From: Ignicoccus pacificus DSM 13166
Lineage (GTDB): Archaea > Thermoproteota > Thermoprotei_A > Sulfolobales > Ignicoccaceae
Direction: 5' to 3'
NCBI GenBank assembly: GCA_025340205.1
Contig: CP006868.1
Location: 1 to 32,000 of the forward strand
DNA: 32,000 nt
Shown: in pieces, positions 24,444-32,000 of the stretch
Layout of the letters: every line of letters begins with the position of its first letter
How positions within the stretch are numbered: the stretch's first letter is position 1
Program-made: the position numbers and the translations under genes
Notes under the pieces: model-generated
Told to the model about the DNA's origin: nothing
Seen by the model: the letters and a program-made list of their open reading frames with translations, nothing else
Databases searched by the model: none

Positions 24444-27400
24444 ATGAGCAGTGCTCAGCAATTCCCCACGGTTGAGGATCGTTGGACCGTAATAAATGCC
24501 TTCTTCAAGGAGAAGGGATTGGTAAGACAGCAGCTAGAGTCATTTAACAAGTTCGTTACTGAAACACTACAGAAGCTCATCGATGAGATAGGAGAAGTAG
24601 AGCTCTTGGAAGGTTACAAAATAGAGTTCGGGAAGGTAAGGTATGGTAAGCCCTTGGTCAAGGAACCGGATGGAATAAACGAGGAGATAACGCCCACTGA
24701 GTGCAGAATAAGGGACTTGACCTACGCGGCTCCCATATACGTTTACATGAGACTCAGAGGCCCCAGAGGAGACATAATAGATGAGGGTGAAGTAGAGATA
24801 GGCCAGATGCCGATAATGCTAAGGTCGATTCTAGACCCTCTCTCCAAGATGAGTCCTGAAGAGCTCATAGAGGCTGGAGAAGATCCGAGGGATCCCGGAG
24901 GGTACTTCATCGTTGAGGGTAGCGAAAGGGTCGTGGTGACCCAAGAGGATCTAGCTCTAAACAAGGTATTGGTTGACAAGGGAGGTCCCCAGACGACGGT
25001 CACTCATACAGCAAAGGTGCTTTCGAGCACCCTAGGATATAGGGTACAAGTGATCGTAGAAAGACAGAAAGATGGTACTCTCCATGCCATATTCCCCCCT
25101 CTACCCGGCAAGATACCATTCATCGTCCTAATGAGGGCCCTTGGAATAGAGTCGGACAAAGACATAACTTCCATGGTAAGCCTAGATCCAGACATTCAAC
25201 AAGAGCTCCTCTCCTCTATAGAGCAAGCCGCTGCTATGCCCACCGTAGAGGATGCTTTGGATTTCATAGGAGCGAGGATAGCGGTAGGATTGCCTAGGGA
25301 TAAGAGAATAGAGAGGGCTCAGCAGCTATTGGACAATAACTTGTTACCTCACCTAGGAACCACGCCGGAGGCGAGACTGAAGAAAGCCATATTCTTGGCT
25401 CATATGGCTAGGAAGCTATTAGAAGTATACCTTGAGAGGAGAGAGCCCGACGACAAGGACCATTACGCTAACAGAAGACTAAAGCTGACTGGAGATCTAA
25501 TGGCAGCTCTCTTCAGAACTAACCTAAGAGCAATGTTGAAAGATATTACTTACCAGCTAGAGAGATCTACGAGTAGAGGAGGAGAGAGACTCAAGCTAAG
25601 AATATTGATAAGGCCTAATTACCTTGGTGATAAGGTAAGACAAGCGCTAGCTACCGGTAACTGGGTCGGTGGAAGAACCGGCGTCTCTCAGCTCTTGGAT
25701 AGGACCAACTGGTTAAGCACGCTTTCACACTTGAGAAGGGTCGTGTCACCTCTGTCCAGAACTCAGCCTCACTACGAGGCAAGAGAGCTCCACATGACCC
25801 AATGGGGAAGGATATGTCCCTTCGAGACTCCAGAAGGACCCAACATCGGTCTAGTCAAGAACCTAGCTCTCTCCGCTTACATCTCCGTGGGAGTACCTGA
25901 AGAAGAGATAGAGGAAGTCCTCAAGGAGCTCGGGATGGTGCCAGTGGAGGACGTGGTCGATGCAATAAGGAATGAACAACCGATTCCAGAGGAAGCGATC
26001 ACCGGAGCTAGGGTTTACTTGAACGGAAGGCCCGTAGGATATTACCATGACGCTCACGAGCTAGCTCAGAAGCTTAGAAAGCTGAGAAGGGAAGGGAAGA
26101 TTCACTTCGAGGTAGGTGTGGGCGTCTACGAGAACGACGACGGCAGCATCAAGGAGGTTTATGTAAATACCGACCCCGGGAGGGTGTTAAGACCGGTCTT
26201 TGTCGTTGAGAACGGAGAGCTCAAGCTGAAGCCAGAACACGTTGAGAAGCTCAGGAGCGGTGAGTGGACATTCAGAGACTTGCTAGTGAGAGGAATAGTG
26301 GAACTATTGGATGCAGATGAGGAAGAGAATGCCTACATAGCACTAAACCCCGAGGACGTGACTCCAGAGCATACACATATGGAGATATGGATACCAGCGA
26401 TCTTCGGCGTAGCGGCCTCGACGATACCTTACTTGGAGCACAACCAAAGCCCGAGAAACAGCTACCAGAGCGCAATGGCCAAGCAAGCGCTAGGACTCTA
26501 CGCCGCTAACTTCATGCTAAGGAGTGATACTAGAGGATACTTGCTTCACTATCCAGAGAGACCATTGGCTCAAACTAGGCACTTGGACGTAATAGGTTAC
26601 AACCACAGACCAGCTGGACAAAACGCTATAGCTGCGATAATGTCCTACACTGGCTACAACATAGAGGACGCCATAATAATGAATAAATCAAGCGTTGACA
26701 GAGGTTTCATGAGAGCTACCTTCTTCAGATTGTATCAGACGGAGGAACAGAAGTACCCAGGAGGACAAGAGGACAGAATCGAAGTTCCCAGACCAGAGCT
26801 TAAGGTAAGGGGCTTCAGAGGCCCGGAGGCGTATAAGAAACTAGACGAGGATGGATTGGTTCAGCCGGAGACCTACGTGGTGGGAGGAGAGGTCATCATT
26901 GGAAAAACTAGCCCGCCTAGATTTACCGATGAGTACAAGGAAATGGGAATAGTTGAGACTGCCAGAAGGGATACCTCAATAGCGGTAAGGCACGGCGAAG
27001 AGGGAGTAGTGGATACCGTTGTGGTTACTCAAAACATAGATGGTGTTAAGATGATAAAGATCAAGGTAAGGGACTTGAGAATACCGGAGATAGGAGATAA
27101 GTTCGCATCAAGACATGGTCAGAAGGGAGTAGCGAGCATCCTCTTGCCCCAGTATGACATGCCCTACTCGGAGTTTGGAATGGTACCAGATGTCATACTG
27201 AATCCCCACGCGTTCCCATCAAGAATGACACTGGGACAACTGATCGAGAGCATTGCTTCCAAGGCAGCCTCCTTCAGAGGAAGAGAGGTAGACGCTACGC
27301 CGTTCTACAAAGAACCATTAGATCCTCTGAGAGAGATACTTGTCAAGAGAGGATTCCCACCGGACGGAACTGAAGTGATGTTCGACGGAAGGACCGGAGA

Positions 27401-27839
27401 GATGGTGGCCAGACCCGTCTTCATAGGAGTTGTCTTCTATCAGAGACTCTACCACATGGTGGCCGATAAGATCCACGCTAGAGCTAGAGGACCAGTCCAG
27501 ATACTGACGAGACAGCCCACCGAAGGCAGGACGAGGAAGGGAGGTCTGAGGTTCGGAGAGATGGAGAGAGACGTCTTGGTGGCCCACGGAGTAGCACAGC
27601 TCCTCGTAGAGAGGCTTCTGAAGAGCAGCGACGCGACTAGAGTTTGGGTCTGTGCCAAGTGCGGTCACATAGGATGGTGGGATGCGTTCAGAGGTAAGCC
27701 GGTATGCCCTATTCACGGCGATGAAGGTGAGATGTATCAAATAGAGATAAGCTACGCGTTCAAGCTATTGCTACAAGAGATAATGAGCATGGTGATAATG
27801 CCCAGGCTAAGACTCGGAGACAGATTCAGTAAGATCTGA
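24444..27839 (+). CDS. rpoB: DNA-directed RNA polymerase subunit B (Rpo2), unsplit
   Basis: Complete B subunit, e.g. EGPNIGLVKNLALSAYISVG, YLEHNQSPRNSYQSAMAKQALG, GYNIEDAIIMNKSSVDRGFMRATFFRLYQTEEQ, GDKFASRHGQKGVASI and GLRFGEMERDVLVAHGVAQLLVERL. The frame is open from GTG 24435; ATG 24444 is preferred. Confidence 0.97.
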   Translation: MSSAQQFPTVEDRWTVINAFFKEKGLVRQQLESFNKFVTETLQKLIDEIGEVELLEGYKIEFGKVRYGKPLVKEPDGINEEITPTECRIRDLTYAAPIYVYMRLRGPRGDIIDEGEVEIGQMPIMLRSILDPLSKMSPEELIEAGEDPRDPGGYFIVEGSERVVVTQEDLALNKVLVDKGGPQTTVTHTAKVLSSTLGYRVQVIVERQKDGTLHAIFPPLPGKIPFIVLMRALGIESDKDITSMVSLDPDIQQELLSSIEQAAAMPTVEDALDFIGARIAVGLPRDKRIERAQQLLDNNLLPHLGTTPEARLKKAIFLAHMARKLLEVYLERREPDDKDHYANRRLKLTGDLMAALFRTNLRAMLKDITYQLERSTSRGGERLKLRILIRPNYLGDKVRQALATGNWVGGRTGVSQLLDRTNWLSTLSHLRRVVSPLSRTQPHYEARELHMTQWGRICPFETPEGPNIGLVKNLALSAYISVGVPEEEIEEVLKELGMVPVEDVVDAIRNEQPIPEEAITGARVYLNGRPVGYYHDAHELAQKLRKLRREGKIHFEVGVGVYENDDGSIKEVYVNTDPGRVLRPVFVVENGELKLKPEHVEKLRSGEWTFRDLLVRGIVELLDADEEENAYIALNPEDVTPEHTHMEIWIPAIFGVAASTIPYLEHNQSPRNSYQSAMAKQALGLYAANFMLRSDTRGYLLHYPERPLAQTRHLDVIGYNHRPAGQNAIAAIMSYTGYNIEDAIIMNKSSVDRGFMRATFFRLYQTEEQKYPGGQEDRIEVPRPELKVRGFRGPEAYKKLDEDGLVQPETYVVGGEVIIGKTSPPRFTDEYKEMGIVETARRDTSIAVRHGEEGVVDTVVVTQNIDGVKMIKIKVRDLRIPEIGDKFASRHGQKGVASILLPQYDMPYSEFGMVPDVILNPHAFPSRMTLGQLIESIASKAASFRGREVDATPFYKEPLDPLREILVKRGFPPDGTEVMFDGRTGEMVARPVFIGVVFYQRLYHMVADKIHARARGPVQILTRQPTEGRTRKGGLRFGEMERDVLVAHGVAQLLVERLLKSSDATRVWVCAKCGHIGWWDAFRGKPVCPIHGDEGEMYQIEISYAFKLLLQEIMSMVIMPRLRLGDRFSKI

Positions 27840-27849
27840 GGGTCTTTTT

Positions 27850-28416
27850 ATGAAAAGGATCCTTGTAGTCGGAGCGGGAGCTTTAGGAAGCTGGACCTCA
27901 GAGATAATCGTACGATCCCTAAACAATCTCTCCTTTACCCTTGTTGACTTCGATAAGATAGATGAACAAAACATTTATCGTCAGTTGTACTACCCTGAAG
28001 ATATAGGTAAATATAAGGTTGAGGTTTTGGCAAATAGATTAAAGAAGTTTGGAGCAAATGTGAAAACAGTAAAGAGTAAGATAGAAGACGTGATTGATTC
28101 TTTAGAAGATCACGATCTAGCATTGGCATTAACGGATAACATCGAAAGTAGACTGGTTGTGGAGAAGAGGTTCAAGACGTTACATGCAATGGTCAGACCT
28201 GAGTTCGGAATTCTGTTAATGACCACTGAGAAGGTAAAGTTACGCAATATTATGAGAAGGGGAAGACATAGAGGAAGACAAGACGTTAGTATGGTAGTAA
28301 CGATCGCTTCCTTTGCTGCCAGAGCCGCTATAGAATACTTGACTACTGGAAGGAGCGCAGTCGAAGGGCGTATGTTAATAGTCTCAAAATATGGAACGGA
28401 ATGGTTGGAGCTCTAA
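27850..28416 (+). CDS. Short E1-like (ThiF/MoeB/HesA-type) adenylyltransferase-fold protein
   Basis: ILVVGAGALGSWTSEIIVRSLNNLSFTLVDFDKIDEQNIYRQLYYPEDIGKYKVEVLANRLKKF...DNIESRLVVEKR. Only 188 aa, with no cysteine residues. Confidence 0.85.
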   Translation: MKRILVVGAGALGSWTSEIIVRSLNNLSFTLVDFDKIDEQNIYRQLYYPEDIGKYKVEVLANRLKKFGANVKTVKSKIEDVIDSLEDHDLALALTDNIESRLVVEKRFKTLHAMVRPEFGILLMTTEKVKLRNIMRRGRHRGRQDVSMVVTIASFAARAAIEYLTTGRSAVEGRMLIVSKYGTEWLEL

Positions 28417-28419
28417 GTT

Positions 28420-28429
28420 TTTATATAAT
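28420..28429 (+). promoter_or_regulatory. Strong putative TATA box (tttatataat)
   Basis: TATA-like decamer about 30-39 nt upstream of the ATG at 28459, consistent with a leaderless or short-leader transcript starting there. Confidence 0.55.
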
Positions 28430-28458
28430 CGCTAATGGGTGGAACTGGCGATCGAACC

Positions 28459-30240
28459 ATGATGCTGAAGCAGAAGCACTTGAAAATGTTAGAGATGCTA
28501 AGAGAGAAGCCGCTGGATATCAATGAGTTCATCACCGGTGAGTACGAGGAGAGGGAAGATGCCATACTAACCTTGCTGAGCTTGGAGCTACAAGGCTTCG
28601 TGAAGCCGGTCGATCCTAAGGATCCCAGAGTGTTTACCTTGACCGACGCCGGCAAGGTCGTCTACGACGTTTGGGAAGCCCTAGGGAAGCCTAAGACAGA
28701 TCCTTGGTTCGACAGCGCTATCCACATGATGCTATGGACGTTATGGAAGACTGGAGGAGCGGCGCCGAAAGATTGGGTGACCCCGCTCAAGGAGAGGGGA
28801 TTCTTAACCGAAGAGAATAAGCTAAACGAAGAAGCGAAGAAGTTGGTCGAAGTCTTTGAACCGGGTAAGAGAGAACGCAAGATAAGGGTCACTAGGGACT
28901 TGGGAGCTATACTAGCGAGGATCCCGGTAGGACCAGCTTCCGCGACCACCATTTCCAAATATCCAGAAGATATGCTAGAGCTTCTGGAGGCCATGGGCGT
29001 TCTCGTCTATAGTGCCCCGGATAGGGGTTACTACGCTCTAACGAGACTAGGGAGGTACCTAAAGGAAGCCATAAGGGAGTTGAAGCCTGTTGCTATGGAG
29101 TATGTCCTAGTTAATAAGAGAATAATGGATCTAGTGAAGAAGCTGATCGAGGGTGAAGAACTCACCGAGGACGAGAAGCTGTACTTGCTCAACTTAGGGT
29201 ATTTAGAAGGTGATAGACCCAGCAGAGCGGCTAGACTACTCTACCTAGCTATGAAGGAGCTCGAAAGGAAGGAGTGGTGGGCCACCTTCACCGTAGGGCT
29301 GACCAGAGTGGATCAGTGGGTTATGAGAGTAATTGACCATTTGTGGAAGAAGGCTGAGAACAACCCCGAACTAAAGCCGACCAAGAAGCTGATACAGTAC
29401 TGGATAGAAAGACATAGAGACGAGATAGGGATGGACGAGGAAACCTACAAGGAATTAGAGTTCAGCGATTACACTATAGGAATAGCCCTTTACCGCCTAG
29501 AGGCATTGGAGCTAGTAAAATCTTATGAGGAGAAAGAGAAGATGATATATGAACTCACTGACTATGGCAAGAGGTTACTCGAGGTAATCAAGAAGGGTAA
29601 GGTAGAGGAGATACCGAGCTACGCAGTAAGACCTCTAATCTATGCTGACAGAGGACTACCTCCCTTCAGGTTATGGATAGAGGAGGCGATCAAGTGGAAC
29701 TTAATGGGTCCTGGAGGAGCCGGTACCAAGGCTAAGGAGCTCATGAGAATAGCTAGGAGAGTAAAGAGGATGCCTTTGCTAACCAAGTTCGAGGTTCTGG
29801 TACTTCAGAAGATGCTCCCCAGCAAGCAGACCGAACCCGTAGAGGAACTGTTGAAGAGGTTTGACGATCCGGAGAAGGCTAGAGCCGCTCTCTACTGGCT
29901 CGAGCTTTGGGGCGCGGTAGAGTTCCACGGTAACGGCCATGTCGAGCTCACCGAGATCGGAGAGATGCTTAAGCATGCGCTAGTAGCCGTACCTCCCGGC
30001 GTGGCGACTCCGGTACATCCTCACTTCCTAAGAGTGCTACAAGTGATCAAAGAGCTTGGTAACTACGAGGACATAAGGGAGATAGTTAACAGGACTAGAC
30101 TTACTTTAGGAATAGTGAAGGATGCCATAGTAGTTGCCAGAGAGGCAAAGCTCCTCGGAAGGAAGGACTTGACGGGCGAAGGAGAGCTGTTGCTCAAGGC
30201 AGTGGAGGAGATACAGAAGCACGTAGAGGAATGGGCCTAA
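28459..30240 (+). CDS. Large winged-helix-repeat protein, DUF505-like
   Basis: About 593 aa with repeated wHTH-like units ending in LTDAGKVVYDVWE, LTRLGRYLKEAI, LTDYGKRLLEVI, LTEIGEMLKHAL and LTGEGELLLKAV. The frame opens at 28435, but promoter position favours the ATG at 28459. Confidence 0.6.
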   Translation: MMLKQKHLKMLEMLREKPLDINEFITGEYEEREDAILTLLSLELQGFVKPVDPKDPRVFTLTDAGKVVYDVWEALGKPKTDPWFDSAIHMMLWTLWKTGGAAPKDWVTPLKERGFLTEENKLNEEAKKLVEVFEPGKRERKIRVTRDLGAILARIPVGPASATTISKYPEDMLELLEAMGVLVYSAPDRGYYALTRLGRYLKEAIRELKPVAMEYVLVNKRIMDLVKKLIEGEELTEDEKLYLLNLGYLEGDRPSRAARLLYLAMKELERKEWWATFTVGLTRVDQWVMRVIDHLWKKAENNPELKPTKKLIQYWIERHRDEIGMDEETYKELEFSDYTIGIALYRLEALELVKSYEEKEKMIYELTDYGKRLLEVIKKGKVEEIPSYAVRPLIYADRGLPPFRLWIEEAIKWNLMGPGGAGTKAKELMRIARRVKRMPLLTKFEVLVLQKMLPSKQTEPVEELLKRFDDPEKARAALYWLELWGAVEFHGNGHVELTEIGEMLKHALVAVPPGVATPVHPHFLRVLQVIKELGNYEDIREIVNRTRLTLGIVKDAIVVAREAKLLGRKDLTGEGELLLKAVEEIQKHVEEWA

Positions 30241-30332
30241 GTTCTTTTTCTTACCCTCTGGTCAAGTGCTCATACCTCATGAAGCTAAATTAATACTCAT
30301 CCTTGCGCTAGTTAAATGGAGGGAGAAGCTCT

Positions 30333-31745
30333 TTGGCAGTCCAAATAAGGGGTAAAGAGTACGAGTCCGTCAGCGAGATCAGAGGCCAACTCCTAGTAGT
30401 GGAGGGAGTGAGCGACGCCGGATATGGAGAGCTGGTAGACATCGAAATGCCAACTGGCGAGAAGAGGAGAGGGATAGTCCTCGAAACGGGAAGAGGACTA
30501 GCAGTCGTCCAGGTGTTCGAAGGAACCACCGGAATCGCTCCTACTGGAACCAAGGTACGCTTCACTGGAAGGATCTTGGAGATGGGAGTCTCTGAGGAGA
30601 TGTTAGGAAGAATAATGAACGCTCTCGGCGAGCCAATAGATGGAGGTGCTCCTATCAAGGCCGTAGAGAAGAGGAACGTTTGGGGAGAACCTATCAACCC
30701 TTACGCTAGGGAATACCCCGACGAGTTCATTCAGACTGGAATAAGTGCCATAGACGGAATGAACTCTCTAGTAAGAGGTCAGAAGCTACCCATATTCTCC
30801 GGTTCCGGACTTCCACACAACAAGTTGGCAGCTCAAATCGCTAGGCAAGCGACCGTTAGGGGCAAGGAGGAGTCTTTCGCAGTAGTGTTCGCCGCTATAG
30901 GTATCCAATACGACGAGCTTCTGTTCTTCAAGAAAGCCTTCGAGGAGACTGGAGCCATTAGCAGGACTGCCATGTTCGTAAGCCTAGCTAACGAGCCTGC
31001 AATGATGAAGATAGTTACTCCGAGAGCCGCCCTAACCCTAGCGGAGTACTTAGCCTTCAACAAGGATATGCACGTTCTGGTCATCATCACTGACATGACC
31101 AACTACTGTGAGGCGCTAAGAGAGATCTCCGCTAGCAGAGAAGAGGTGCCCGGAAGGCAAGGATACCCGGGCTACATGTACACCGACTTGGCCACCATAT
31201 ACGAGAGAGCTGGAAGGGTGAAGGGTTCCAACGGCTCCATCACCCAAATGCCAATTCTCACCATGCCTAACGATGACATTACTCACCCCATCCCCGACCT
31301 AACCGGCTACATCACTGAGGGACAAATAGTGCTCTCCAGAGACTTGCACAACAAGGGTATCTATCCGCCCATTAACGTATTGATGAGCCTCTCCAGGCTG
31401 ATGAGGGACGGTATAGGTAAGGGTAAGACCAGAGAGGACCACCCCGATGTGGCTAACCAGCTCTACGCAGCCTATGCTAAGGCTGTAGATCTAAGGGGAC
31501 TAGCGGCGATAGTCGGTGAGGAGAGCCTCAGCGAGGTGGACAGGAAGTACTTAAGGTTCGGTGAAGCCTTCGAGAACAAGTTCCTGAGGCAAGACTACTA
31601 TGAGAACAGGAGTATCGAAGAGACCTTGGACCTAGCTTGGGAGATATTAGCTATATTGCCAGAGGAAGAGCTTACCAAGATAAGGCCGGAGTACATCAAG
31701 AAGTACCACCCCAAGTACAGAGCGGCCAAGAGCTTGAAGAAGTGA
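30333..31745 (+). CDS. atpB: V/A-type ATP synthase subunit B
   Basis: [65 protein letters not shown] and [37 protein letters not shown] start. Confidence 0.96.
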   Translation: MAVQIRGKEYESVSEIRGQLLVVEGVSDAGYGELVDIEMPTGEKRRGIVLETGRGLAVVQVFEGTTGIAPTGTKVRFTGRILEMGVSEEMLGRIMNALGEPIDGGAPIKAVEKRNVWGEPINPYAREYPDEFIQTGISAIDGMNSLVRGQKLPIFSGSGLPHNKLAAQIARQATVRGKEESFAVVFAAIGIQYDELLFFKKAFEETGAISRTAMFVSLANEPAMMKIVTPRAALTLAEYLAFNKDMHVLVIITDMTNYCEALREISASREEVPGRQGYPGYMYTDLATIYERAGRVKGSNGSITQMPILTMPNDDITHPIPDLTGYITEGQIVLSRDLHNKGIYPPINVLMSLSRLMRDGIGKGKTREDHPDVANQLYAAYAKAVDLRGLAAIVGEESLSEVDRKYLRFGEAFENKFLRQDYYENRSIEETLDLAWEILAILPEEELTKIRPEYIKKYHPKYRAAKSLKK

Positions 31746-31755
31746 GGGACCTAAG

Positions 31756-32000
31756 ATGAGCTTTCCTGGAGCTAAGAGAGTTCTTCCCACCAAGATCAAT
31801 TTAATTAGGCTCAAGCAGAGGCAAAAGGTAGTTAAGAAGATACAGAAGCTACTTGAGGATAAGAGAGATATACTTCTAATTTATCTGAGGAAGGCGATAG
31901 CAGAGTATCAGAAGTACTATGACGAGTACGCCGAACACTTGAGCAAGGCTCAAGAGTACTTGACACTGGCCTCAGTTCAAGCCGGATCCTTAGAAACCAA
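31756..32000 (+). CDS. atpD: V/A-type ATP synthase subunit D (3' truncated by window edge)
   Basis: Translation from ATG 31756 gives MSFPGAKRVLPTKINLIRLKQRQKVVKKIQKLLEDKRDILLIYLRKAIAEYQKYYDEY..., the subunit D N-terminus. Confidence 0.9.
   Translation, partial: MSFPGAKRVLPTKINLIRLKQRQKVVKKIQKLLEDKRDILLIYLRKAIAEYQKYYDEYAEHLSKAQEYLTLASVQAGSLET

Noticed and set aside
24743-26475. Several minus-strand ORFs (24743-25003, 25004-25195, 25863-26057, 26272-26475)
   Set aside because: Antisense shadows of rpoB coding sequence, with low-complexity or unnatural composition.
27318-27740. 140-aa minus-strand ORF
   Set aside because: Antisense to the conserved C-terminal part of rpoB.
1-32000. CRISPR array, transposase, integrase, rRNA or long tandem DNA repeats
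   Set aside because: No regularly spaced direct repeats, no recognisable mobile-element proteins and no rRNA sequence seen on reading both strands.

Overview
This 32 kb window is gene-dense and crenarchaeal in character. It encodes an Rpo8-like RNA polymerase subunit, a CdvB/ESCRT-III paralog, unsplit RNAP subunit B, aIF2-gamma, ribosomal protein S26e, V/A-type ATPase subunits B and D, GGPP synthase, TrmY and Pus10. The best match I can infer is a hyperthermophilic Desulfurococcales/Ignicoccus-like organism, but I cannot prove this from sequence alone. I found no CRISPR array, tRNA, rRNA or insertion element. The most interesting signals are outside the ORFs. Several intergenic gaps hold compact GC-rich elements that parse as box C/D guide RNAs. 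In two of them the usual K-turn U-U pair appears replaced by a compensatory G-C pair (C box ATGAGG / D box CCGA, the arrangement of the U4 snRNA K-turn). Protein-level highlights are: a fused AhbA-AhbB-like siroheme decarboxylase; a tandemly duplicated DUF2795-like protein; an archaeosortase/exosortase-family protein beside a DPM-GtrA glycosyltransferase and an alpha/alpha-toroid cyclase-like protein; a functionally linked, tail-to-tail overlapping trmY/pus10 pair; a cysteine-free short E1/ThiF-like protein behind rpoB; and several uncharacterised small proteins. All calls come from manual reading. No homology search or folding program was run.
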